From NCBI GenBank assembly GCA_950097015.1, contig CATNEN010000039.1, positions 15,438,001-15,502,000 of the forward strand: DNA of 64,000 nt, given 5' to 3'. This stretch comes from Macrostomum hystrix. Taxonomy: Eukaryota > Animalia > Platyhelminthes. The position numbers were made by a program, and so were the translations under genes. The notes under the pieces were generated by a model. It saw only the letters and a program-made list of their open reading frames with translations, did not search any database and had not been told where the DNA came from. How positions within the stretch are numbered: the first letter of the stretch is position 1; each line of letters starts with the position of its first letter. Shown here piece by piece: positions 49,291 through 61,509 of the stretch.

Positions 49291-49901
49291 TTTTAGAGAA
49301 AAGCTAAATAATCATACATTTGTCTATCTATCATACATACATACATACATACATAATCATACATGTATAACAATAGTAGTGATGTACTGAGTCCTGACTC
49401 CTGACTATGTAGTCATAGTCAGATGTGATTTCGTAGCTCCAAATAAACAGTAAAATAGGTATGAGTAATACTGCCTTGTATTTAATATATAGATGCAACC
49501 TAGTCTATCTGAATGAACTTAAATATTAAATGTATATAAAAACTTTCGTATTATACTGTATTTGCTCGAAGACCCTTTCTTGCATTTGGTTACAGAATCT
49601 TCAGAAAAATTTTTTTTATCTGAAGGTAGGATCACTCTCTACCCCTTCCTATCCTCCCTTTCTAGCCATCCTTGCGCGGCCATCCCTTTCGTTACGTATA
49701 AAATGCTCGTAATTAAACACAAATCCACACATCTTGCCTTTACGCCCGCAAGTTTTTTTTATTTCCACTGTCTGAAATTCAGAAAGTTTGCTGTGCGCAC
49801 ACAAACTACTACCCAGAGAGTAGCTACTAGCCACTCTGAGTGTCACTAATACAGAGTGCTGCAAGTGAACCATCTAGGGTATATGATATCTACGGCTGAA
49901 A

Positions 49902-52137
49902 CTAACCATATTCTGGCACAGTATTATCGATACTAAAAAGAAAAGCATTGCTATTTAGCACATTCGGATACACAATGCAAGGAAAAACAATATCAGAAAC
50001 AGCAAACATACTAATATGCGGGGTTGGTGTGCCAAAGAAAAACATGTTGCGAAGAAAACGTGTGACAATATCAAATACACACTGATCAGAATTAAATAGG
50101 GATGAAAAATCATCTCTCACACACTCGTACAGTCGAACACGCGCGCGAACTGGAACACCACGCACAAAGGAAAGAATTTCACCAAAGGACCCATTTCGAA
50201 AATAGAAAAAAGAAGATTCATTATTACAATTTCGAGAAGTGCAGATACGGTTGCGACCAATAGAAATACAGCGCGAGGAACGAAAGGTGACCATAGCATC
50301 ATCAAGCCAAGTTGAATGATCCAAACCAAGAATCTGCATTATTTCTTTCTTTGCAGGGTATTCGTTGCGGGTAAGAACAAAAAGGCAAACCTTTTGAAGC
50401 AAAAACTTTTCAGAAGTTTGTTTTAAATGAAAGCGGGTGCCCTTGCAAAACTTTTTGATGTTAACAAACTTACTTTCAAATGAAAACATAGAGAAGCGAG
50501 CCATTGGACCGAACTTGGCGATTTGAGTGGGGGTATGAAAAAGTAAATGAAAATTTAAGGTAAAAATTTTTTCGTCAAACACATTACCAATTATAGACAT
50601 AAAGTATTGAATAAGACGATTCAGATCTTCCGCATAGTTTGATGCATCAACAGAATTCAAAATGCGACAAATAATAGAGAAAAGCAAAATAGATTCCGCA
50701 AGCTGATACATATGTCTCCTAATAAAAAAGCAAGCAAGTGCAGGGAAAAAATGAATAGCGACAAATTTAAAATCTCTTGCCTTCCAACAGGCTCGTTGCG
50801 AAATTGTTACAGGTCGAGAAAGATACTTTGGAATTCTAGATGCACTGAGTAGTGAGTCAATGTGTGATGAGCTCAGACAAAGAGAATAAGGTCGCTGACG
50901 ATGCTCAATGTCAAAAAGATACTTTAGCAATGTGCCAGTACAATTCTCATACAACAGATGAAGGGAGTCCAAAAGAACGCGTTCAGGAATATTTACGTAG
51001 TTATGGAGGACAGATTTGCCCTTTACACCAAAAAGTGAGCGCACACCAGATTGAGTGACAAGAGAAACTCGTTGATTATAGGTGTCAGTATCAACAAGTT
51101 GACCAAGCTCTGGAAATTTTCTGGCATGCCCACGGCCAACCTTGACACTTTCTCCAGGGGTGTCACAAAAGAGGCAACCAAATTCACCATTAAACAAGGT
51201 ATGTTCTAAAACACTCGCCATAGCAGGCAGGTCAAAAATGACAGAAAAAAATTCGAATTGAACAGGCAATAGTTTACCACCAACAAAAAAATTGTGTTTG
51301 GTCAAAACCAACTTCAGCTAGGTATGACTCTAAATACAATCTCCAGTTGGGCTTTTTATCACCAATAAATACACCAAATAGTAATGTGCTTTCAACACGT
51401 GATCTGACATTTGGTGGGAGGTTAAGGATTTGCGCATGCACAGGCCAAATAGATTGCGAAGAAAAAGAAAAGAGCTTTCCACCATCAGTAGAAAGATGAA
51501 GATATAGCTTTAGGGGCTTAGAATTTACATTAACATCCTTGAGAACATCAGTTTTTATCATGTCACTTTTCCCATACTCTACAATAGTCTGAAGATGTTG
51601 TTCTAATATGAAATTAATTTGGAAAAGCAAATCAAGCCTGGCCATTTTAACAGTTCGTAGATTACAACATCTGGACACAGGATTGGACCTCTGACAATGG
51701 GAATTAGAGCAAATTTCTGTGACAGAAATGAAATCCCTGACTTTAAAAACCCGACGCATGGAAGTTTTGATGGATGAAAGTGTAAGAGGAATAGTTACAA
51801 CATTCAGAGCAGTCAACAGCTGAAGCAGCATTCCCACATGGGACTCAGGCAAACCATGTGTGAGTACAAAAAACATGATCGACATACAAACAAGCTCTTT
51901 GTTTGTTGTAGCACTGAAGGAAGAAAACCAGTCAGTCAGTTGACTAGCACTTTCAGAGTTGAGACTATCACTAGAAATATTAGACTTGGGTGGTTGAGAT
52001 GATTGTGACTCCGTAGCCTCAATGCTGCCTGATTGCACATTAGGTTCAACATTTGTAGCTTTGGAGGCACTCTCCATATTTGAATCTAAGTCCTCAATTG
52101 CATCAAGGGAACTCAAGGCAGCAATGAAATCCTCCAT
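49902..52137 (-). pseudogene. CACTA transposase of element 6, one frameshift at ~51290
   Basis: LSTDGGKLF..IWPV..LNLPP, IFDLPAMA..FNGEFGCLFC, LLDSLHLLYE, WKARDFK, LNFHLLFH and SMFSFES. Confidence 0.85.
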
Positions 52138-52909
52138 GGCTCAGCAGTTTAGAAAGTAGGAGTTCTGAAGTTGGGAAGTTTTTTTGGAAAATTGTATATG
52201 CAAAATATTAAAGGAATATGTAGTTAAGATTAGCAAATAATGTCTTTATACCATAATATAAAATGACTAGTTGCATAGACAGTGGGGCAGGGGATATAGC
52301 TGAAAATTGGCTATACCCCCTAATCACCTGGGATTTCCCAGTCACACTGGGAAACTTCTACCTTGGGAAGAAGGTTTCTAGCTGCTTAGGCTAGGAAAAG
52401 ACATAGTGGATAAGGTGGTGCATAGAGCATATAAAAAAGCCCACTACCACTATATTTTTAGGGCTTTTTTGTCACAAAGCAAGTCCCTTCCTATCCCCTA
52501 GCCCCCTCCTTAGATAGAAAATCCTAGATATGCTATTGAAAATGACCATCATATTTTTCATAAAAAGCCAACCTATTTCCTATAGCTTTTATACTTCTCA
52601 ACTTAGGATAAATAGAACCTTTCTTTTTATGTAAGTAAAACTTTCTATATTGCTAGAATTTTATTGGGGTCTAAGGTAAGGAATCAAGGGTTTTAAGGAA
52701 GGGAAATTATTTATGTGGGTTGAATTTTGGTATTTAAACTTCAATAGAATATAAAAAAAAAGAACTAAATTATAGATTGAATATCCAAAATATATCAATG
52801 GATAAAAGATAAAGTCTTTTTGCAGCTAAAAATAGTTAGATCTGCACATTTAGGGGTTTATTTAAAGATTGGGTGCTATCTGCAAAAACCCCTATATATT
52901 GCAATAGCT

Positions 52910-53191
52910 GGCAATAGTGGACTTTCATTCATTTAATTACTTCAGGTTTAACTTCATACCAAATTAATTTAGTCTATTTGTGTCTTCATATGCTCAAAAA
53001 ATGTTTGCCTATATGTACTTTTTTACAAAAGGACTGGGCCTAAAATACATTGCTAGCATATAATAGGCCTATAGATATCAATAAATTGTTTCTATCTTAC
53101 CAAATGCTCAAATTGAAATAGACTATGTCTAAATTAATTTGGTGCAAATTTAAACTCAAAATAATTAAATGAACAAAAGTCCACTATTGCC
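52910..53191. mobile_element. 282-bp MITE, Merlin-like
   Basis: ~60-bp imperfect TIRs starting GGCAATAGTGGACTTT. 8-bp TSD CAATAGCT at 52902-52909 and 53192-53199. Confidence 0.8.
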
Positions 53192-54864
53192 CAATAGCTA
53201 TAAGTATAAGGCCTTAGTTAGATAGGCCTATTAAGTATTGTATAGGTATTGTATTAGATATAAATAAATAGATATTACTATTGGTTCTAGTAATATATCT
53301 TAAAATATTATTGCTAGATATATAGATAGTATATAATACTCAATATATATGCATAATCCAGATTGAATATATATTATAACAATATATATAGTACTATAGG
53401 TAGGCCTAGCTTTTTATATATCTAGACTAGTGTTCATGACAAAAGAAAATGGCTACTATTAGGCCTATGCCCTTACCTTACCTTAGTCATAGCCCTAAAT
53501 TTAATTAAAGTCAAGATAATCATTTTAGAGTCTAAGCCCCTAACCTAAACCTTATAAAACCATAATTTCCTACTGAGGACCTGTCCTAGGCTAGGCCTAT
53601 ACTTAGCAAAAACAGTTTAGTTATATGGCTTAGCTAACTACAATACCAATACAATATACAAAAACTTGAAAAAACTTTTTGGCTACATTGAAAATGATTG
53701 CACTTTTGAAATCACCATCCCAAAACCCCCAAAAGGCCACTGATTTATAAATATAAAACATACCTAGCAAAACTAGAAGTAGAACTAGGCCCTAGCTCGA
53801 AGTAGCCATTTTAGGTACCTATAGGCCTATCAGGCTATATGGCTATATATCAAGAAGTCCCTTGGCCTTGACTATGCCTATACAATATACAAAGGTGGAT
53901 GGTTAAAGAGTTCTTTTGTCTTGAAATAGAAGTATAAAATTGGCAAGCTTTTCTTTCTTTCATGTCTGGCAAAAGATTGTTATGTTAGATAAGATAGTGA
54001 CTTATTCGCTAGCGAAATGTGAGTATAAAAGAAAGTGGCTCAATACAATAATAGCAAATAAGCATTTTCTAATGTATGAAGCATTCCAAACTCCTCAGAC
54101 AACTTTATAGCTGGCTCAAAAAAGAAAGCAAAAATTATGTGAAAAATATATCTCGACTTTATTTAATTGAGTTTAAGTTGAGTAAGAAAAGTAAAGTCAA
54201 TTGTTTACCACATTTAAATCATATATATCCACAATGATCATGTAAATTTGACCAGCGAAACAATTGTGCAAAACAAAGTAAAGCTGCTTAAGTGAAATAG
54301 ATTGTAAGATGCAAATACTGCACCTGTTTTGTGTTGTAAAAAAATTTCAAGACTGAAAAAAGTATGCACCTAGGTGACCTAGTCCTTTAAAAAGATGACA
54401 TTTTACGACTTTACTTTTCTCTATATTGATTACTATGACGTACGTATAAGTTCATGAAATCACATTGTGCAATATTTTATTTTATACAAAGATGTGAAGC
54501 ACCTTTAGGAAAAAAGAAATCATTTTCGTAAAAGCAAAATTCTGATCAATTTCAATACATGGTTAAAAGAAGATTTTTACATAAAAAAAATTACGCCAAT
54601 TGTAATGCCATTAAATCTAACTTGCAATAATTGCAATTTTAGGCAGCAAGAAAATTGCAATTTCTACAACAGTTGCCAACAAAGTTGCAATTTTCGCAAT
54701 TTTTGCAATTATATTGCAATTTCACTAATTTTTGCGCAATTCGAATGTCTAGTGACACCATAAGTCAAGCATAAGGAATTGACTATTCGTCCTGTTGAAG
54801 CAGGCTTATACAGAAAATTCCAGTTACACGGTTTTTTATGGCGCAATAGGAAAACGTGTCTTTG

Positions 54865-55868
54865 TTATTCTGACACTGCTGCCAGCCTTCGCCTCCGACG
54901 GTTATTTTTCAAGTCGCGGCCGAGCTGGTCCACAGCTTGAACAGCTTCCTCGAGCCTTTCCTCGTCGTCGCCGAATCGCTGACGGCAAGCTGTATACCAC
55001 AACTTGATTCGATCTTCATCAAGCGGTTCCCTGCCTGAGTTGCGCTGTCAAGTACCAACGCGGCCGATGGACAGCTCAGCATCAGTCCAGAGCAAGCGCG
55101 CTACAGTAGTACCAAAACAGGAGGCAGTGGCGTTACGCCTCGCACAGCTCATCAGGTCAGTGCCATTGTACATGACAGGTGTCGGCGTCGCTGAAACTGC
55201 TGCTAGCGTGGCGTCCGGTTGGAGTTTGCTTGTGGAACTTGACTTCTGGTTCCTGTTCGCCCTTTTCGCCTGCTTCAGAATGCCATCCAGGGTCCTTTTG
55301 ATTTCTTTATTCTGTCGCACCAGAGTTCGGAGCAGATTAATGAGCAATTCCTCGTGTCCAGAGCTGCTAGCTTGCCCAGTGTTGTTCGACTGTGCTGAAT
55401 CCGCTTGTTGCTCGTCACCTTCACTGTCGTCGCTATCTTGACTGTGGTCGCTATCTACGTTGTTACCAGCACCATGATCGCAGTTTTGAGCTGTGTGATG
55501 CTCCCTATTATCCTCATGAACTTCGCGTGATTCTACAGCATCTGGTGGTGAATGCTCTTGCGACACAATTGATGCATTTAGAAATCCAAGAATGTCTGTT
55601 GAAGCATTCAGGTTTCCATTGTTCAATCGCTTTTCGAGTCGAATAAGGAGTTTCTGCATGTCAACAGGGTCATTTCCTATGGCAATCACTTTAGCCAACG
55701 AACCATCTCGCAATTGGATATTTGTACCCTCACGGAGACTGGCCGGGTTAGTTTCGCGATTGAAGAATGATGATGATGAAGTACCTCATACTTTTGCTCG
55801 TCCGTCCAAAAGAGAAGTAGGTAACGCACTGTTGGCAGCTCGAATCGGTGCAGCCCGCGCCGTGCCAT
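54865..55868 (-). pseudogene. BEN-like accessory gene of element 7 (frameshift ~55730, TGA at 55048)
   Basis: CFGTTVARLLWTDAELS..GT*QRNSGREPLDEDRIKLWYTACRQRF..AVDQLGRD, ending TAA at 54865. Confidence 0.7.
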
Positions 55869-56374
55869 GCTCTGAAATTAAAGATATAACCAACATTACT
55901 TTTAGTATCCACTGACATCCCTTACAATGACTAAAAAAGTGAATAACATATTTTATAAGTATGTATTTACTTATTACTAATTATCATGGTGAAACGAATA
56001 CTCTTGATTCCATCAATTAATGGAATTTAGATATAGCTAGGCATATCACCATATTAAATCAAAGCAATTTCAAATCAAAGCAAATAAAAGTATTTGCCAC
56101 TTTAATGCCTCCATAAGTCCTACTGCTTTGTCTCTCCTAAAAAATAAATAAAACCTAACCTAGAAGCATTCATTGATACTGAAATATATAAAGTCATTGA
56201 AACTTTCTTGGCATTAATCTGAATTCAAATGATTTTAACAAATGAAAGCAATACAAAACAAGTTACATGATTTTAAATGAAAGGAAATGTGCATCAGCCT
56301 TTTTATATATAGAAAGTTTTCTTTGTACAGGAAAAGTCCATAAAATTTCAAATGAAACTGCCCTTCAGTGTGAC

Positions 56375-57905
56375 TTAGTCATGTTCATAATCGTGTATAA
56401 CAGGCACTGCAAAAGCTTGCATAGGTTCAGCACTCGAAATAGTGATGAATCGGCCAATCAATGAACTGCACTTTGCCAATCCAATGCTTCCTGTAGTCAG
56501 CACCTTAAATGGTGAAATTTCAACCAGAAGTTGAAGCTGTGGGTCATCAGTGTTTAGCATTCCTTGCAGAGCTGGTGCACAATGAAACTTCTCAACCAAG
56601 CAGTAGGATCCAGTGTCAACATTGTAGAAAATATTTTTGATCTTAACATATGTTGGCTGTTCAAGATTTGCAATGGCCAATGACCGAGATGTTGCTTCTT
56701 CTTTATATGTCTTGCAGTTGAATGTTAAGCCCTTTACTGTAACAGCAGAGAACTCCATATCTTTTTCAGATGAAGACACTGATAGCTGATGTTTAATAAG
56801 TGCTGTCACACCATCTTTGTCAGTCAGACAGGACTGGATGTTACTAGATTCAACTTTCCGCATAGTTCAATGTACATGAGAACGTATAAATCGTCTCACA
56901 ATGAGGTTAGCTTCAGCTCTTGACCCTGTAACCAAACGAGTTAGCTGACCATAGAAACTCTCGAAGACAAATGCAGAGTGAGACCAAAGTGGACCAAATT
57001 GGCAAACTTGGTATGTGAGATGTCCAAGAGCATGAATTGAAAATGTCATTGAGCTGCTTCCAAAATTTTCAGCCAGGCAATGCTGAAATGCCTTAATAAG
57101 CTCACTAGCTTTAGAAATTACAGATGTTGTTACAACTGGAGCTGCCAATAGATGCATTGTAGTTGAAAGTAATGCATATAGAGTGATAAGTGGTATAGAT
57201 TGGCAACTAGAACACAAAATAGGAACACTCAAATAGAGAAGAAATAGCTTCCATTCATTGGCCTTCCATCTGACTGAGTACTTCAATGCACGAGGGCGTC
57301 GCTTAAAATCTGTTGGAATAGTCACATTCTTGCAAAGCTGCTAAGATGCATCATCAACATTGAATAGCTTCTTCTCAATGGCATAGAGTGTCAATGTTTT
57401 TACTACACCAAGATAGACCAGATGCATGCAGTCAAATGGTGCTGCAATAGGTATAGCAATAATGCTAACCAATGGAGATGCCCCCTTGACACCATAGGAA
57501 GGCTTTTTTGGTGTACCTTTCTTTATATGCTTTTTATGTGCTTGTACATTGCGCAGCTTTGAGATAGTTGGTGAGTAAGTCATTTTTCGTGCCGCTGTCA
57601 GATAGACTCCTTTTGATTCAAAAAAATTGCATGCATAATAGCCATTATAGGCAATCATATTTAAGCAAGCTGCTTTTGCAGGTAAGTCAGCAATCAAAGG
57701 TACATTTCGAATATGAACAGTTGCACCTTGATATTCCATTGAGTCGCTTCAATTGAATTGACAACTTCAGTCATAAAATCTTCAAAATTAGGCTTTGATG
57801 GACCATAGAAGATCATCAATAGAAGAACATTTTCAAATTTCCTTCTAATACTTGGCTCCAAGTTCAGAACAACTAATGAGACTGGCCAGATTGCATATCC
57901 TTTAG
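56375..57905 (-). pseudogene. CACTA-like transposase of element 7 (two in-frame stops, one frameshift, 5' part missing)
   Basis: IWPV..LNLEPSIR, IADLPAKA..YNGYYAC, PFDCMHLVYLG, WKANEWKLF, FSIHALGHL and SAFVFES. C-terminus HDYEHD resembles FEHD of element 2. Confidence 0.85.
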
Positions 57906-58099
57906 ATTTGTTTTAAAATTTTGGGGGGGGGCGACTGCCCCCCGCCCCCCCCCTAAATCTGCCTCTGTATACAGTATGCATGTACACGCGTATACATAAG
58001 GAAAATGGCCATGGCATAACAATAACAATGTCAAAGAAACTAAATTAAACTGTTTCAGAGTTCAGAGTTAGACAGGTCAAGGTCAATTCGTGACTACTT

Positions 58100-59367
58100 T
58101 TCTATTAATTGCTTGCGAGTCACCTCAAGGCCTGGGGATACACCACATTCTTCGTTCTTCCCCTTGGTGCGAAAATGAATAGGCCAGCTGGAGTTCCAAC
58201 ACGGGAGCAGGCGACATAAAGCTGCCCATGCGAGAAGCAAGGAGTCTCCAGGTTGATGCCAGCCACCTTCAGCGACTGTCCCTGAGCCTTGATAATAGTC
58301 ATCGCAAAGCACACTCTCACAGGGAACTGCAGTCGCTTGAACTGAAATGGCAGGTCCGTGGGGATAATTGGAATCCGGGGAACGAACACAGACTCTCCTC
58401 TGCCAGATCCAGTCATTATCGTGGCCTCAATCACGTGTGGGAAGAGCCGCCTGACTATCAGTCTGGTGCCGTTACACAGCCTTGGCGCATTCAGGTTGCG
58501 GAGGAGCATAATTAGTGCCCCAACTTTCAGCTGCAAGTTGTGCGATGGAGTTCCAGGAGGATCTAGAGAGTTCAGAAACTCAACAGGATACTCCACAGCG
58601 GTGTCATCAGTCAACGTTGTATCAATTGACTTGTAGGTGAAAACTGCACCTGGCAACTCCTGAAGCAGTTGGTAGTTAATTTCGTTGGCGGCATCATTTC
58701 TAGGACACAGAATTGCCCTCTCTGACAGCCAGTCAACGCCAGCCTCTCTCTTCTATCCCAGGCTGGCTGGAGAGAAATATCGACCGGAGAGCCCTGCGCA
58801 CTGGGACGCCACCGCACTCACCGCACTCAGTCTCAGTGCTGCTTGGGGGCCAGTAGACAGTCTAGGGGTTTGGGCTGTGTACATTCATGGCTTGAAATAC
58901 AATGTACAGTTTGGGGCTTCGGCGCCCGGGGAAGGGAGGGGGTGGCTGTAATAAAATTTGGCCCGCAGAGTGGCGGAGGGGAGTTGGGGTGGCTGTCCTC
59001 GGAAAACAAAAAGTGACTCACTTTGGGATGATGCAGCTTTGCTCTGGATTGAGTAGAGATGTTCAAAATTGACAGCATTGTTGGAAAACATGTAAAGTGT
59101 AAGTGGATCAAATTTGGAGAAAATCTGACAAAGTGGGGCGACGATATGTCGAATTGAGTGATTTTTTGACGATTTTTGAGCAGTTTTTTGCACTTTTGAG
59201 CAGGAAGGAAATGATTTTTCGGGAATTTGAGTAGCCTATTGCACTCAGCGTAGGTGGTTTTAGGTATGTGCAAAGTTTGGTGCGATTTGGTTGAGCGGTT
59301 TCGGCGTCTATAAAGACAAAAGGTTGCACACACACACAGACAGAGTTTTCACTTTTATATATATAGA
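58100..59367 (-). mobile_element. internally deleted Helitron (5' end plus helicase 3' fragment); 3' CTRR end not found
   Basis: Minus strand begins A^TCTATATATATAAAAGTGAAAACTCTGTCTGTGTGTG, typical of animal Helitron 5' ends. Confidence 0.7.
58120..58750 (-). pseudogene. Helitron PIF1-like helicase C-terminal fragment
   Basis: IMLLRNLNAPRLCNGTRL, RLQFPVRVCFAMTIIKAQGQSL, FSHGQLYVACSRV and TKNVVY. Confidence 0.9.
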
Positions 59368-60470
59368 TTGTATACTAGCACCATATGCACTTGGGCCTAT
59401 ATATAGTATATGGGTCTATAACTATGGCCAATGGCTATGGTGGGTACAGAAGTCTAACCGACTTTTATAACTTTTTGTTTGTGCCAGGAAATTGGCCAAA
59501 AATAGAGAAACAAACAACAAAACTAGGGCTAGGCAATAGAATAGGCCCACTATACAACAAAATACATAGTTATCAAAGCCAAACATTTTTGGTGCCTCCA
59601 ATTTACACATAACTCCTAGCTCTCCTAAAATGTAGGAAAATTTATTAACAACAGTATAGCTGCTGGACTGCACACATGCACAGCACAGTAGCAAGTCTGG
59701 AAAATAGAGAATTCTATTTACAGTAAAAATGATAAAGAGTTGAGAACCAAGCACCAGAGCCAAAACAAATTTTATTTAAAAGAAATGTAACTCAATCAAA
59801 TTTTAATTACAAAACAAAGACACAAAATAACCAAATGAGATTTCTAGTCCTCGACAAATAGATTACCATTTCTCTAAATTAGTTACAACAATAAAGCGAA
59901 AGAGCCTTTCTGACAAGTCAAATTGGAGCTATTTAAACAAAAGGCCACATATATTATGCATCAGTGTCACTTGAGACAAAATATGGACTATGCAGTCTAA
60001 TTTTTAGAAAATTCTAATTCAAAATAAAATATCTAATTCGTCTTCTTGTTCCTACCTCTTGAAGCATTTCGTAAGTTTTCTTGCATTGCCTGATGGACAA
60101 TTAAGGACGTGCAAACAAAGGGGAAAATATTTTTGTAAATCTGTATTTTAAGATCTAATTTGTAGGTTTTTTTTAGAGATTAGAGAATTATCCTGTGCTT
60201 GTTGTAAAGTGGGCACTGAAAATTAATATAATCTGTTTTGTCTTCTTAATTGTTGCTAATTGACATTCCCAACAACTAGAAAGTGACGATCAAGCATCAC
60301 GAATAGTATATCCATCAAATTCAGATGTCCGAAAACCAACAGCCTACATCAGCAGACTGTTGTATGGAAACTTGAATTATTGAAATATTAAATTCATTAA
60401 AGCATATAAAACTTATCAAGTTTACATTTGCTACTATCAAGTCTTGTCAAGTGAGGCAAGTTTATTCTTA

Positions 60471-60600
60471 CCCAGTGAAAATTGGAATGTGGAATCCACA
60501 TGGATTTAGGACATGGATTCCATATATACATTTGTCTCCGTTTTTCCATATGGATTTAGAGCATAGAATCCACGTGGAGTATCCACATCGAACATACAGT
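60471..60600. repeat. left terminus and subterminal repeats of CACTA-type element 8
   Basis: CCCAGTGAAAA followed by palindromic repeats AATCCACATGGATT, TCCATATGGA and TCCACGTGGA. Confidence 0.55.
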
Positions 60601-61509
60601 GTAATCTGCATCGCTCCAGATAAATTCTGCATCATTTCTATATCAAACAGTCTTATTATCGTCTACAGATTACTCAATAATTGCGCATTTTCAAGGCTTC
60701 ACCCTTTAACGAGCAGTAACAGCTAGGGTGAAGTTCCAGCGTACGAGTATAATTGCTGCAGTAGACCATTTTTAACGTGATAAATGATAAATCATAAAAC
60801 AAATATCGTCGTGGTTTTCTTGGACTGCAGAAAGTACTCACATGAAAAAAGATAATTAAGTAGCTGACATTAGATTTTATTTAAAGAAATAAAATTTTAT
60901 AAATTGAGCTGCCTGTGTGAACTTTAAAGCGGAGCCATGCATAAAAATGTAAGCAATATGTACTAATAAACGAAACAAGCGGACTATAAAAATAACGATG
61001 TATACGCTGTGTAACAACTGCAAGTTAAGAAAATACGGGAAAAAAATAGCACGGTAAACTTTGATGGCAAATGTAAAATTAGGTTTAAAACAAAAACTTG
61101 ATTGGCCGAGAGTAGAATGGGTAAGTATACAAAAGTGATGGTATGAGTATTCATTTTATTCGCCGTTATTTAGTCAGGCAAAGGAAGAGATACAAAAATC
61201 GGAGGAAAATGCATTATTGCATGCATTATTTATGACTGAGCATTGGCCAAGGATTCCTTTCTAAAAAATTATCCTTACCTCCTTTCTCTGGATCCAGATG
61301 ATTAAATTTGAGTTGTCACAGTTGATTTGAGTTACAGTCAAATTGTCAACTGACATGCCCTTTCTTAGCATAATAAGTTTTAAAGCTATCTAATTTCAAT
61401 TAGAGCTCCTAAAATCCTATTGATACATTCCATCATCCATCATCCTATTCCATCATCCATGAGTGCTTAAACGTTAAGCCCAGGAACAAAATATAGTCAG
61501 ATTTTTATT

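Larger units (their letters stand above)
47205..54754 (-). mobile_element. CACTA element 6, 7.55 kb
   Basis: Termini CACTAGACA...TGTCTAGTG, dense AATTGC/GCAATT subterminal repeats at both ends, flanks AC(AC) on both sides. Confidence 0.85.

Noticed and set aside
55048-55050. Programmed readthrough or selenocysteine at the TGA in the BEN gene
   Set aside because: The same gene has a frameshift and the neighbouring transposase has two more stops; a CGA-to-TGA decay mutation is simpler.
58120-58656. Cellular PIF1 helicase gene
   Set aside because: Only the C-terminal motifs are present, without introns, inside a Helitron-type 5' end; TKNVVY is typical of Helitron RepHel.
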